Positions 12,480 to 23,132 of a stretch of 64,000 bases of DNA are shown piece after piece; position 1 is the stretch's first letter; every line of letters begins with the position of its first letter. The notes below the pieces were generated by a model, which worked only from the letters and a program-made list of their open reading frames with translations, was not told the DNA's origin and ran no database searches. The DNA comes from Methanocaldococcus sp. 16A (lineage in GTDB: Archaea > AGJL01 > Methanococci > Methanococcales > Methanocaldococcaceae): the NCBI GenBank assembly GCA_049860595.1, contig CP187551.1, one strand, 5' to 3'. Position numbers and translations under genes: made by a program.

Positions 12480-14336
12480 ATGGATATGGAAAAATTAAAG
12501 GAAATTTTATTAAAAGCAAAAAAAATGGGTTTTTCTGATAAACAAATAGCTAATTTATTTGGAATGGATGAGATGGAAGTTAGAGAATTAAGAAAGAAGC
12601 TCAACATCATCCCACTATATAAAATGGTAGATACCTGTGCTGCAGAGTTTGAGGCAAAAACACCTTATTATTATTCAGCCTATGAAAATTATGTCTATAA
12701 GGAGCAGGATGAAAGCAACCCATCAGACAGAAAGAAAGTAATTATATTAGGTTCTGGACCAATAAGGATTGGACAAGGTATAGAATTTGATTACTCAAGT
12801 GTTCATGCAGTCTTAGCTTTAAAGGAGATGGGTTATGAGGCAATAATTATAAATAACAACCCAGAGACAGTTTCAACTGACTATGATACCTCAGACAAGC
12901 TGTATTTTGAACCAATAACATTTGAAGATGTTTTAAATATAGTTGAAAGAGAGAAGGAGAAAGGAGAGTTTTTAGGAGTTATAGTCCAATTTGGAGGACA
13001 AACAGCAATAAACTTAGCTATGAAGTTAAAAAAAGCAGGTGTTAATATATTAGGGACTTCTCCAGAAAATATAAACGTTGCTGAAGATAGGGAAGAGTTC
13101 TCTAAATTATTAAAGAAGTTAAATATTCCTCAAGCTGAAGGAGGAACAGCTTTTACAAAAGAAGAGGCTTTAGAAATAGCTAAAAGAATTGGATATCCTG
13201 TTTTAGTCAGACCTTCCTATGTTTTAGGAGGAAGGGCGATGCAAATTGTCTATAGTGAAGATGAATTAATTGAATATATGGAAGAAGCTGTTAGAGTTTC
13301 AGAAGAGCATCCAGTTTTGATAGATAAATTTTTAGAAGATGCCGTTGAGTTAGATGTTGATGCAGTATGTGATGGAGAGAGTGTTTTAATTGGAGCAATA
13401 ATGGAACATATTGAAGAGGCAGGAGTGCATAGTGGAGATTCAGCAACAGTAATTCCTCCTCAGACACTACCTAAAGAGATAATTGATACTGTCATTGATT
13501 ATACTGCAAAGTTAGCAAGGGAGTTAAATATAGTAGGATTATTAAATGTGCAGTATGCAGTTAAGGATGGAGTTGTTTATGTTTTGGAAGCAAACCCAAG
13601 AGCTTCAAGGACTGTTCCTTATGTAAGTAAATCAGTTGGAATCCCATTAGCTAAGTTAGCTACAAAGGTTATGCTTGGTAAAAAGTTGGAGGAGTTAATT
13701 AAAGATTATGATGTTGATGAAGTAGCTAAAAAAGTTTGGATTGCTAAACCAAAGTATGTATCAATTAAAGAGGCAGTGTTCCCATTCCAAAAATTGCCTG
13801 GAGTAGACCCTGTTTTAGGTCCAGAAATGAAATCTACTGGAGAGGCTATTGGAATTGATAAAGACTTTGGTAGGGCATATTATAAAGCCCAATTATCTGC
13901 AAATATGGAATTGCCAATTGTTGGGAATGTGTTTATAAGTGTTAGGGATAGAGATAAAAAGCATATTGTAGAAGTGGCTAAAAAATTACATGAGCTTGGA
14001 TTTACAATATATGCAACAGAAGGTACTGCAAAAGTGTTGAGAGAAAATGGCATTCCAGCAATACTTGTTAAGAAGATATCTGAAAGCCCAAATGATAACA
14101 TCTTAAAGTTAATGAGAGATGGAAAGATACATTTAATAATAAACACATCTTCAGGAAAAAAGGCAAAGTCAGATGGGTATTATATAAGAAGAGCAGCAGT
14201 AGATTTGGGTATTCCATACATTACAACAATTCCAGGAGCTAAAGCGGCAGTTAAAGCAATAGAAGCTGTAAAAAAAGGAGAGCTAAATGTATATTCCTTA
14301 GATGAGCTTGATGCAAGTATAAAAAATAGGTTTTAA
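12480..14336 (+). CDS. carB2: carbamoyl-phosphate synthase large chain, C-terminal section
   Basis: [38 protein letters not shown]-terminal MGS domain. Confidence 0.95.
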   Translation: MDMEKLKEILLKAKKMGFSDKQIANLFGMDEMEVRELRKKLNIIPLYKMVDTCAAEFEAKTPYYYSAYENYVYKEQDESNPSDRKKVIILGSGPIRIGQGIEFDYSSVHAVLALKEMGYEAIIINNNPETVSTDYDTSDKLYFEPITFEDVLNIVEREKEKGEFLGVIVQFGGQTAINLAMKLKKAGVNILGTSPENINVAEDREEFSKLLKKLNIPQAEGGTAFTKEEALEIAKRIGYPVLVRPSYVLGGRAMQIVYSEDELIEYMEEAVRVSEEHPVLIDKFLEDAVELDVDAVCDGESVLIGAIMEHIEEAGVHSGDSATVIPPQTLPKEIIDTVIDYTAKLARELNIVGLLNVQYAVKDGVVYVLEANPRASRTVPYVSKSVGIPLAKLATKVMLGKKLEELIKDYDVDEVAKKVWIAKPKYVSIKEAVFPFQKLPGVDPVLGPEMKSTGEAIGIDKDFGRAYYKAQLSANMELPIVGNVFISVRDRDKKHIVEVAKKLHELGFTIYATEGTAKVLRENGIPAILVKKISESPNDNILKLMRDGKIHLIINTSSGKKAKSDGYYIRRAAVDLGIPYITTIPGAKAAVKAIEAVKKGELNVYSLDELDASIKNRF

Positions 14337-14779
14337 GCTTTAGATTCAACAATTAATTTATAATCTTCTTCAGGAATTTCTCTCATAGCTTTTCCCATTA
14401 AATGACCGCTCCATTTCTTTTTATTGGTGATAAATTTAAGTTTTGGAATTAAATCTTTAAAGTTAATTGGTGGTTCAAAAACTTTAATTTCTTTTAATTT
14501 AACTCTATATGGAAACTTCTCATTAGGATTTTTTGGTGTAGGTTTGAATATTTTTGTAGAATCCTTATAAACTTCAGTAATAACTTCATAAACGCCTCTA
14601 ATGTATGGAGGTTTATAATCCTTTCCACTTCTCTGAATTTCATAAATAATTAATTTCATACAATAATTAGTTTGTCTCCAACTTTAACTTTATTTATTGT
14701 ATTCTTATGTCTCTCTGCAATGCCCCAAATCTTTTTATCTTTTCAGTTATCTTCAGTTATTACAAAGCCAGTATGCCAT
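14333..14779 (-). pseudogene. EVE-domain (UPF0310) protein, disrupted 5' end
   Basis: ATG 14779 with GGGAG RBS reads MAYWLC, then +1 frameshift, in-frame TGA (ITEDN*), [25 protein letters not shown], a ~17-bp duplication, then intact C-terminal ORF 14333..14659 (YEIQ...FPYRVKLK...[18 protein letters not shown]). Confidence 0.85.
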
Positions 14780-14826
14780 ATTATCTCCCACTTTAGTTTC
14801 CCTACACATTAGTGTTAGAATGAATA

Positions 14827-15521
14827 GAGGTTGTCAAGATAAGGAAAGGATGTAGTTATAGAAAGAGAGGAAAGACTTAAGCCAGCTAATAACGGTTGAG
14901 AATTTAGAATTATTTGAGAATCGGTTATAGAAAGATTTAGTTCTTCGTTTGAGTAGGGAGAAGAAACTTTCGACACAATTTCTTAAACCGAATCGAACTC
15001 TTTCGAATTTTAAGCCTAATCTCTGTAGTGCCCACGGGTACCATTTACCACCATCGACTAAAATCTTTGGTTTATTCGAGCAAAATTTTAATATATTTTT
15101 TACGAATAAGATTGTATTGAGGTAGCATCTTGTTTTAGAGACATAGATACCTAAACATTCTTTAGAATCCACATCGATAGCAGACCATACATAAATAGTT
15201 TCATTTCCAAGCTTTAGTTTAGTTTCATCGATTGCTATTAGGTTTCTTGTCTTTCTTTCAGGCTCGTTTAGAATCTTCTTAATCTTGTGGTAATATATTC
15301 TAACCGATTCATGGCTTATGCTCTCAAACTGTGAAAGAAACAAACTAACCTTTCTTAACGATAATCCCAGATAATACAAAATTCCTGCTAAAATTTTAAT
15401 CTCTATCGACTTCTTATTCCTTTTAACTATCTTCTCAATCCTTTCCTTTAACATTTCTATCGTAAGTTTCATATCTTTCTTTATTTATACATATTTATTT
15501 AATCTTTATCTTGACAACCTC
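14827..15521. mobile_element. IS6-family insertion sequence, 695 bp
   Basis: Perfect 16-bp TIRs GAGGTTGTCAAGATAA / TTATCTTGACAACCTC, flanked by 8-bp direct repeat AATGAATA (14819-14826 and 15522-15529). Confidence 0.95.
14834..15472 (-). CDS. IS6-family DDE transposase
   Basis: [50 protein letters not shown] motifs; stop lies within the TIR. Confidence 0.92.
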   Translation of the reverse strand: MKLTIEMLKERIEKIVKRNKKSIEIKILAGILYYLGLSLRKVSLFLSQFESISHESVRIYYHKIKKILNEPERKTRNLIAIDETKLKLGNETIYVWSAIDVDSKECLGIYVSKTRCYLNTILFVKNILKFCSNKPKILVDGGKWYPWALQRLGLKFERVRFGLRNCVESFFSLLKRRTKSFYNRFSNNSKFSTVISWLKSFLSFYNYILSLS

Positions 15522-15553
15522 AATGAATAAAATAAAAAATAAAAAAAATTTAT

Positions 15554-16324
15554 TTATTCTATATTTAACTTAAACAACTCTATAGCATTTTTATGAGATA
15601 CTTTATTAATAATCTCTTTCTCAATACCATTAATCTTCATTTTTAAAACAGTTCTTGGAACAGCTAAGACATCAGATGCATTTGAAGAGCTATCACTATT
15701 TAATAAAATCTTATCAGCAAAATCTTTATTTTCTTTAACTATCTCAACAGCTTCTAATGGTGTTAATTTTCCTGGCTGAACTGTTAATCCTATATAAAAC
15801 CCTTCATCTAAAACCCATTTTGCAGTTTCTTTATTGCAGTGTTCAATGACAATATCTCTATTTTTTAAATTTAGTGTAGAAATTTCATCTAATATAGTTT
15901 TAGTTACTTCTTCTTTATTTCTTCTTGGAGTATGAACTACAGCAGGCATATTTAATTCCTCAGCTAACATCAACTGCTTTATAAAAACTTCTTTCTCTTC
16001 CTTTGTAGCTTTTTCTAAACCAATCTCCCCAATACCCACAACTTTATCATAGTTTATATAGCTCTTTATCTTTTCTATAGCTTCATCAATCTCTGGAGGA
16101 ATAGCCCTTGGATGCATTCCAACACATACAAATAAATTTAACCCTACCTTTTTAGCCCTCTCCAACTCATTGATTAAGAGTTTTTCAACATGTGCCTCCC
16201 AAACTTTAATATTTTTCATCTCAAATGGGTCATGGGCTAATGTAATAACAGCATCTAAGCACATTGCCATTAGCTCTAAATCCTCTAATCCCCTTGTATC
16301 TGAATGGATGTGAGTATCTATCAT
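15554..16324 (-). CDS. TatD-related amidohydrolase-fold metallo-hydrolase
   Basis: IDTHIH, GMHP, IGEIGLE, VVHTPR, IEH, LNSD. Confidence 0.85.
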   Translation of the reverse strand: MIDTHIHSDTRGLEDLELMAMCLDAVITLAHDPFEMKNIKVWEAHVEKLLINELERAKKVGLNLFVCVGMHPRAIPPEIDEAIEKIKSYINYDKVVGIGEIGLEKATKEEKEVFIKQLMLAEELNMPAVVHTPRRNKEEVTKTILDEISTLNLKNRDIVIEHCNKETAKWVLDEGFYIGLTVQPGKLTPLEAVEIVKENKDFADKILLNSDSSSNASDVLAVPRTVLKMKINGIEKEIINKVSHKNAIELFKLNIE

Positions 16325-16390
16325 CTCCCCCACCTCAATTAATTAAACTAAATTAATTTAATATACAATGATACCAATGATATAATTATA

Positions 16391-16975
16391 TTAATCTATC
16401 TTTCTACCTACGGGCATTAATAATAAAGGATGCTCATCTATCTTTAAAATTTCTTTTATTTCATTATCATAAAATGCCCCAACAGCCACAGTTCCCAATC
16501 CCAAAGATGTAGCCATTAAATAAATATTCTGAGAGACACATCCAACTTCCATATAGACATATCTAAAGCCCCTATCCCCATAAACCCTTGTAGTTCTTTC
16601 ATAATCAGCAGCTATAATTAAAACTATTGGAGCTACAGCAATAAACATCTGCTTTAATGCCGCTAATGCTAATTCATAACCTACTTCTTCATCTAAAACT
16701 CTAACAATTGAATGCCTCTCAGGAATGTATTTATAAACCCCTTCCTCTAAACCAACAACATCCTTCACATTAACATAAATCTCTAATGGATAAGTTGCTC
16801 CAGCAGAGGGAACAGTTTTAAAGCCATCTTCATTAGTTACTCCATAAGCGGCAAATAAAATATGAGATAGCTCCCTTAAAGTTAAAGGAGAAGAGCTATA
16901 CTCCCTTACTGACCTCCTCTTTAATAAAACATCTTCTAACTTTATTTCCTCTATATCAGGTAGTTGGATTTCCAT
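16391..16975 (-). CDS. SagB/ThcOx-like nitroreductase-family flavoprotein
   Basis: RRSVREY, TVPSAGATYPLEIY, EVGCVSQNIYL, GLGTVAVGAF. Confidence 0.85.
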   Translation of the reverse strand: MEIQLPDIEEIKLEDVLLKRRSVREYSSSPLTLRELSHILFAAYGVTNEDGFKTVPSAGATYPLEIYVNVKDVVGLEEGVYKYIPERHSIVRVLDEEVGYELALAALKQMFIAVAPIVLIIAADYERTTRVYGDRGFRYVYMEVGCVSQNIYLMATSLGLGTVAVGAFYDNEIKEILKIDEHPLLLMPVGRKID

Positions 16976-17006
16976 GGATATCACTCCATTTATAATTTAA
17001 TATTAT

Positions 17007-17543
17007 TTAATTTTGTTTTTCTCTTATAACTACTTTTCCATGATTTGATGGAACTATTTTTATCTTTGCATTTTCAAACTCTCTATAGAGAGTTTTACCT
17101 TCAAACAACCTATCTAAAAAAATTGCTAAAGCTGCAACCTCAGAATGTGGCTGATTTCCAACAGAAATGTTATAATCTGCCAATTCATAAACTTCCTTTG
17201 GCACTTTTTCAGCTCCAACAATAACCAATATATCTTTCTCTCCACTCAATTCTCTAATTTCTGGCATTATCTCATTAATATTAGCCCCATACATTGTTAA
17301 ATGAACTACAATCCCTCTTTTTTTAAATTCTCTAATGTATTTTTTCCAATGTTTCTCAACAACAAACTTAAAATTACCTCCCCAACTTTCCACAACTTTT
17401 TTAACACTATTTTCAACGTGTTCATCTTCAGTAGTAAATATTATTTTTTCAGCTCCTAATGCCCTTGCTGTTAAAGCAACGTGTGTTGATATCCTCTTAT
17501 CTCTATCTCCTCTATGTCCTAATCTCAAAACTTCAACAACCAT
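17007..17543 (-). CDS. trm56: tRNA (cytidine(56)-2'-O)-methyltransferase (SPOUT)
   Basis: [51 protein letters not shown]. Confidence 0.95.
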   Translation of the reverse strand: MVVEVLRLGHRGDRDKRISTHVALTARALGAEKIIFTTEDEHVENSVKKVVESWGGNFKFVVEKHWKKYIREFKKRGIVVHLTMYGANINEIMPEIRELSGEKDILVIVGAEKVPKEVYELADYNISVGNQPHSEVAALAIFLDRLFEGKTLYREFENAKIKIVPSNHGKVVIREKQN

Positions 17544-17587
17544 AATATCCCTATTTTTAAATTTTAAATATAAAAAATTTTAAAGAT

Positions 17588-18718
17588 TTAATTTTTTAAA
17601 ATAAAATAGTACAGCTCTTTCAATGGAATTTTATATTTTTTAGCTATCTTTTTTAAATCTTCAAATTCTGGTTTTTTAGATATTATTTCATCATCTATTT
17701 TCCCAATTTTTATTTTAACAGGCTCATTAAGCAATTTTATAGTTTCAAATTCTCTATCTGCAGTTATTCTCCCTATATTATAAATTCTAATCCCCAAAGT
17801 CCCTGTTTCTCTCATTATAATCTTAGCTACCTCTTTAACTTTATCTCTTTTAACGATTGCCCTTATTGTATATGCAGGTCTATTCTTTTTCATATACGTT
17901 GGAATAAAATGTAAATCTCTAACTTTCCCATCTAAAACTTCATATAAATAGCCTAATATCTCTGCTGAAATGTCATCAACATTAGTTTCCAATAAAACAA
18001 TATCTTCCAATTTGATATTTTCAATTTTAAACACCCTCAACACATTCAATATCTCCAAATCTTTATCTCCCGCTCCATAAGAAACTTCCTTTATTGTAAA
18101 ACTTCCTTTAATCAATTTTGGGTTTATATATTTAATAATAGCCGCTCCAGTAGGTGTTGTAAGCTCCTCCTCTATGTTTGAAAAAAATATCTCAAGCCCT
18201 TTTAATATCTCAGCTGTTGCTGGTGCTGGAACTGGTAATAATCCATGCTCTGTCTTTACAAAACCCTCTCCAACATTTATTGGTTTATAATAACAGTTAT
18301 TTTTTAAATTTAATTCATTTATAATATATGCCGCTCCAACAATATCAGTTATTGTATCATAATTCCCAATTTCATGAAAATGAACCTCCTCAATATCTAC
18401 ATTATGAACTTTGCTCTCTGCCTCAGCCAATATCTTTAAAATTTCTAAAGCAGAGATTTTAATATTTTCTGGAATCTCAGCTTTTTTAATAATTTTTTTA
18501 ATATCTTTGTAAGTATTTGCTTTATAATCAACATTATCCTTTGGAATTATATTAACTTTGTTTGCAATTATATGGCATTTTTTAACTTTTTTTATCTCAA
18601 TATCAACATCAATAACTTTTTTAATTGTATTTATAAGCTTTTCTTTATTAACAAAATCAATCATAGCTGCTAAAAACATATCTCCACTAATTCCAGAAAA
18701 TGGGTCTAATAGAAACAT
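17588..18718 (-). CDS. larC: nickel-pincer cofactor nickel insertase LarC family
   Basis: DPFSGISGDMFLAA, AESKVH...VHFHE, HGLLPVPAPAT, ELTTPTGAA, ETNVDD, ETGTLGIR. Confidence 0.9.
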   Translation of the reverse strand: MFLLDPFSGISGDMFLAAMIDFVNKEKLINTIKKVIDVDIEIKKVKKCHIIANKVNIIPKDNVDYKANTYKDIKKIIKKAEIPENIKISALEILKILAEAESKVHNVDIEEVHFHEIGNYDTITDIVGAAYIINELNLKNNCYYKPINVGEGFVKTEHGLLPVPAPATAEILKGLEIFFSNIEEELTTPTGAAIIKYINPKLIKGSFTIKEVSYGAGDKDLEILNVLRVFKIENIKLEDIVLLETNVDDISAEILGYLYEVLDGKVRDLHFIPTYMKKNRPAYTIRAIVKRDKVKEVAKIIMRETGTLGIRIYNIGRITADREFETIKLLNEPVKIKIGKIDDEIISKKPEFEDLKKIAKKYKIPLKELYYFILKN

Positions 18719-18745
18719 AAAAAATCCCCTTTTTAATTCTTTAAA

Positions 18746-18842
18746 TAGAACTTTCACAGTTTATATGTTAAATTTAGAACTTTAACACATTTAAGTGTCT
18801 ATATCCAATAAAAAATAAAAAATTAATTACTGCAAAAGTCTA
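18746..18842. repeat. MITE-like intergenic repeat, family A (degenerate copy)
   Basis: Ends TAGAACTTTCACAG ... CTGCAAAAGTCTA; matches copies at 23037, 47101, 58163 and 63541. Confidence 0.7.
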
Positions 18843-18858
18843 ATTAAAAATAAAAGTT

Positions 18859-21639
18859 TTAGTTTAGATAGTCAGTTCCATAATCTACTTCATATATTTT
18901 AAATCCTGGCTGAACGCCAAAGTTTGTTGGGTCTATTGTTGCTTTAACCAATTTTATATGCTTCAATCCATAGCCATCTAAGAAGTGCAGTTTAGCATAG
19001 ATACTATCTTCCAAGTTTCTTGTTGATAGCCATGCATAACCTCTTCCATCTGCTTCTATTCTAATAAACTCTGATAACTGCCCATCTTTATTTAATACAA
19101 TTTCTTTAACACCTAAAGGTGTTTTAATATACAACTTATGTATCTTAAATGTTCCAATAATTCTTGTCTGACCATTTATTTTTTGAACTACTGCTGTTGA
19201 AATATTTGTGCTGTTTATTAATGTAACATAGCTATTTCCATAAACATTTACATTTGCTACTATTGTTCCATTTCCTAAGTAATATGAAGTTCCTTTAAAG
19301 AACATTCCCTTATCTCTTTTCTCATTTGGTGTGTTCGGAGGTAAAGAGAAGTTCCAGAATCCAAACATACTCCAAACTGGAGCAATATCTGTCATTCTGT
19401 TGTAGGTTATTAAATAGTCTGGATTTGGATGCTCTGGATGTGTTGCATTTAAAACTAATTTTGCTTCCTTAGGAGTTAAACCATATTTCTTAGTTAATAT
19501 TTCATAAGCCTTACTTCTACTTACTGGAAGAATTTCATTCAATATCTCAACGGTCTTTGAGACATTGTTATGTGTAAAGTTCATTAAGACACTTCCCTTT
19601 TTAAATGCCTCATCTCCACTTGTCGCCAACATCCTAATTATTCCAATAGATAGGTTTTCATTTGATGTGGCAAAAGCTCTACCTACCCAGTAAGCTCTTG
19701 GACTATTTTGAGAACCTCCATCAAATGTTACCATTCTTCTTGCTTCATATGTATAGATGTGCCCGTTGTCCCACCAGCAGGTTATAACTGCATTTTTTGG
19801 AGCATTTGCCTTTATCCAATCTAAACCCTCTTTCCATCCGTTGTTAAATGTTGGAGCAGTTGTAAATGGAATTACTGCAGATAGTGGTGGAATTACCACA
19901 CCAATACAAAGCAATACTGCAGAGAGCTTTATTATAGTCTCTTTTTTATCATTTATTGCTGTAACGATATCTGAGATTTTATAAATAGCCAATAATGCTA
20001 TGACAATTAAAAATCCGTATGCTATTGGAGGGACATAGGTTGTTGGCAATAATATTTCAGAAATTTTTGTAGCGTATTTTGAAATTACTAATAATCCAAA
20101 TATTCCTACTGGAATTCCTAATCCAAATATTGCCATGTCATTTTTCATCTTTAATAATCTATCCAACTGCCCTATAAATATCCCAAACCCTATAGCTAAT
20201 GGAGGAGTTGCTAAGGATGCAAATCTAACACCTTTTGTTGCTGCATATAAAGTTATTAATAACCATAAAACTAACAATAAAGCATATTTTACATCAAACT
20301 TTATTTTATCATATCTCAATGAAATAAAAGATAATATTACTCCAAATATCCCTAAAATTGCCATAATGTTTGAACCAATAGCATTTATAAATATCTCTTT
20401 ATATGAACTTGGCTTTGCAAGCTCTGCAACCGTTGTATATACATTAGGCCAACCAGTGGTTTGAGTATAGGTTGAAAGTATTTTATTAATCCCAATAGGT
20501 GTAGTAATTGGTGATAATGCCATTCCTATTCCATATACTGCTGTTAATAATATAAATGCCCCAATTATGTAAAAGATAGCTAAATTTACAACATTCTTAA
20601 AGTTTCCAATTAAAATAAAATCTTTTATTTTTACTTGTGATTTTAGTAATGCCAATGCAACAACATAGAGTATTAAAAATCCTACAATGACATCAAATCC
20701 ATACCACCATGCACCCCACATTTTTGGAGCTACAACTGTTAAGATTACTGCCAATAAAGCAAATAATTCAAACTCTACTTCATTACCTTTTAATTTCTTA
20801 ATTCCTGCTATTACTAAACCAACTAATATGATTAATATTGAGATAGTGTAGAATAATATTGAAGCAATAACTACACTTTCTCCTGATGCAATATTTAGAT
20901 AAGCTCCAATTATTAGTTCAGTTATCAATGCAATAATTACAAATAATGAGATTGGATTTTTAATATCTTTTTTAAATAAGGCTGTTTTTTCTTGGCTGTG
21001 TATAGCTTCAAGGATGAACCACACTATGAATAGTATAGGTAGAACTTCAAATATTGGAGTGTCAGCAAAACCTGCTGATGTTTTGTATAATAAAGAAGGT
21101 GCTGATATTAGAGCTATAGCTCCAACAATCCCTCCAATATTACTATTTGTAACTCTCCTAACTATGAAATAAATTGGAATCCCTAAAAGCATTCCTAAAA
21201 CTGCTGGAACCCAGAAGGCAGCGTTCATAATGGTTACAGTTGCATCAATAGAATGCCATATGTAATAGATTGCTAATGTTGCTAAACAAATTATAGGAGG
21301 TTCCCAAGACATTGGATGTCCTGGAGGTGCATATTGGTATAAATCATAAGGCACTTCTTTTCCATCAATAATTTTTGTTGTATCTCCACAATGTCCGTTG
21401 TTGTAAAGGTTCTCAGATAATCTTAAGTAGTAGTAAGGGTCTAATGCTAAAAGATACATCCTTCCATGTTCATCTGAAAACATCTTTTTTAAAAACTCGT
21501 TATCTTGAGCAAATTTCATATCTGCTGTTTGAGCTCTCAGCTGGAAACTTATAAACATTAACATTAATACAATTAAAAAGACTTTTATCCAGCTCTTTTC
21601 TTTAAAGAAATTATTTATTTTTTCTAATACGTTACTCAT
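18859..21639 (-). CDS. aglB: oligosaccharyltransferase AglB (STT3)
   Basis: ALDPYYYLR, GFADT, TTVAE, WWDNG motif, TFDGG; many TM helices. Confidence 0.95.
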   Translation of the reverse strand: MSNVLEKINNFFKEKSWIKVFLIVLMLMFISFQLRAQTADMKFAQDNEFLKKMFSDEHGRMYLLALDPYYYLRLSENLYNNGHCGDTTKIIDGKEVPYDLYQYAPPGHPMSWEPPIICLATLAIYYIWHSIDATVTIMNAAFWVPAVLGMLLGIPIYFIVRRVTNSNIGGIVGAIALISAPSLLYKTSAGFADTPIFEVLPILFIVWFILEAIHSQEKTALFKKDIKNPISLFVIIALITELIIGAYLNIASGESVVIASILFYTISILIILVGLVIAGIKKLKGNEVEFELFALLAVILTVVAPKMWGAWWYGFDVIVGFLILYVVALALLKSQVKIKDFILIGNFKNVVNLAIFYIIGAFILLTAVYGIGMALSPITTPIGINKILSTYTQTTGWPNVYTTVAELAKPSSYKEIFINAIGSNIMAILGIFGVILSFISLRYDKIKFDVKYALLLVLWLLITLYAATKGVRFASLATPPLAIGFGIFIGQLDRLLKMKNDMAIFGLGIPVGIFGLLVISKYATKISEILLPTTYVPPIAYGFLIVIALLAIYKISDIVTAINDKKETIIKLSAVLLCIGVVIPPLSAVIPFTTAPTFNNGWKEGLDWIKANAPKNAVITCWWDNGHIYTYEARRMVTFDGGSQNSPRAYWVGRAFATSNENLSIGIIRMLATSGDEAFKKGSVLMNFTHNNVSKTVEILNEILPVSRSKAYEILTKKYGLTPKEAKLVLNATHPEHPNPDYLITYNRMTDIAPVWSMFGFWNFSLPPNTPNEKRDKGMFFKGTSYYLGNGTIVANVNVYGNSYVTLINSTNISTAVVQKINGQTRIIGTFKIHKLYIKTPLGVKEIVLNKDGQLSEFIRIEADGRGYAWLSTRNLEDSIYAKLHFLDGYGLKHIKLVKATIDPTNFGVQPGFKIYEVDYGTDYLN

Positions 21640-21958
21640 GATTTTCACCTTTATACACATAGCCATCAGTTACTACTATCAACCCATTATCTTTGATAAT
21701 TTCATGTAATTTAGGCAATACCTTATTTATATTTTCTTCAATATCAATGCATTCAATAATCACTGGGAGGTTTATGGACAATCTAAATATATCTACTTCA
21801 GCTATCCCTCTAACCCCATAACCGCATATCCCCTTATAAACGGTAGCTCCACTAACCCCCTCCCTTTTCAGCATTTTAACAATATGTTTATACATCAATT
21901 CTCCTTCAAATTTATCTCCTTCCCTTAAATAAATTTTTAAAATTTTTACTTTTATCAT
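21632..21958 (-). CDS. DUF190 PII-like protein
   Basis: LKIYLREGD, GVSGATVYKGICGYG, LSINLPVIIE; canonical crcB neighbour. Confidence 0.85.
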   Translation of the reverse strand: MIKVKILKIYLREGDKFEGELMYKHIVKMLKREGVSGATVYKGICGYGVRGIAEVDIFRLSINLPVIIECIDIEENINKVLPKLHEIIKDNGLIVVTDGYVYKGENHE

Positions 21959-21967
21959 GGATTCCAC

Positions 21968-22342
21968 CTATTTAAAGATAACTAAAACTACAATTCTACC
22001 AAGATAAACCATAATTAAACAGCCAATTATATTGAGTAATATATTTAGCAGAGCTTTAAATAACAGTCCTTCATCAACTAAGGCAAAGGTTTCATAAGAA
22101 AATGTTGAAAATGTTGTTAAAGCTCCACAAAAGCCAGTTCCAATAAACAATTTATATTCACTTGGTATTGAAGTTAGTAGAGAGCTATACATCAAAAATC
22201 CTAAGATAAAACTACCTATTAAATTAACTGCTAACGTTCCCGTAGGCAATCCAAATTTTACTGGGACAATTCCGCTAATTAAATATCTAAAAATAGCCCC
22301 AAAAAATCCTCCAACCCCTATTAGCAAGAGCTCTCTAATCAT
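21968..22342 (-). CDS. crcB: fluoride efflux channel CrcB/Fluc
   Basis: GGFFGAIFRY, GTLAVNLIGSF, GFCGALTTFSTF. Confidence 0.95.
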   Translation of the reverse strand: MIRELLLIGVGGFFGAIFRYLISGIVPVKFGLPTGTLAVNLIGSFILGFLMYSSLLTSIPSEYKLFIGTGFCGALTTFSTFSYETFALVDEGLLFKALLNILLNIIGCLIMVYLGRIVVLVIFK

Positions 22343-22967
22343 CGTTTCCCTCATAAACACAGACGGTTAGATATGAAATATTTTCTTTAACAATATCCTT
22401 TAAAGATTTTAAGCTAATTTTCTCATTAGGATATGTTAGATTTTCAAGCACCCAAATTTTCATATTTGGATTTACACCATTATCTATCAAAAACTTTGCA
22501 TCTTCCTTTAAATTGTTTGGTAAGAATATAACTTTCTCATGATTTTTTATTAACTTTAAAAGCTTTTCCTTATTTTCTTTTTTTCCATGGAGGGTTACTA
22601 TATTATAATCTTCCCATGAGATTTTTAATTTTGCTGCTGCTATTTGTATAGATGAAATTCCAGAGATAACCTCAATATCTTCTTTTTTAGCACCAATCTT
22701 TAATAGTGTTTTTAATAAACCACTAAAACATGGGTCTCCTGTGGATAATATAGCAATTTTTTTATTTACTGTATCTTCATTGTTTATTATTTCTTTCAAT
22801 TCATCAATTAAATTTTTTGTTAGAATTATTTTCTTATCTTCATCTATATTAAACAATTTTAAAGCTCTTTTACTGCCAACTACTAAATCAGCATTTTCAA
22901 TGATTTTTATTGCTTTTAGTGTTAGATAATCTTTATCTCCAGGACCAACTCCAACTATATAAATCAT
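22335..22967 (-). CDS. cbiE: cobalt-precorrin-7 C5-methyltransferase
   Basis: IVGVGPGDKDYLT, ILSTGDPCFSG, GISSIQIAAAK, ENLTYPNE. Confidence 0.9.
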   Translation of the reverse strand: MIYIVGVGPGDKDYLTLKAIKIIENADLVVGSKRALKLFNIDEDKKIILTKNLIDELKEIINNEDTVNKKIAILSTGDPCFSGLLKTLLKIGAKKEDIEVISGISSIQIAAAKLKISWEDYNIVTLHGKKENKEKLLKLIKNHEKVIFLPNNLKEDAKFLIDNGVNPNMKIWVLENLTYPNEKISLKSLKDIVKENISYLTVCVYEGNDD

Positions 22968-23036
22968 AGTTTCACACATTATAATGAAAAATTTTATGTT
23001 AAAAATTAAGAATTTTTTAGAGAATTTCAATATTAC

Positions 23037-23129
23037 AGGACTTTCGCAGTTTATAATATTAGTTTTGGAACTTTGACATCTTTAGGTATTTCATAATAAT
23101 AAAAATATATTTATTCTTGCGAAAGTCCT
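23037..23129. repeat. MITE-like intergenic repeat, family A (best-preserved copy)
   Basis: Perfect 12-bp TIR AGGACTTTCGCA ... TGCGAAAGTCCT around an AT-rich core. Confidence 0.8.
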
Positions 23130-23132
23130 ATA

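Noticed and set aside
22343-23036. Fluoride riboswitch upstream of crcB
   Set aside because: crcB is preceded directly by cbiE coding sequence; no GGCGAUGG-type core was seen.
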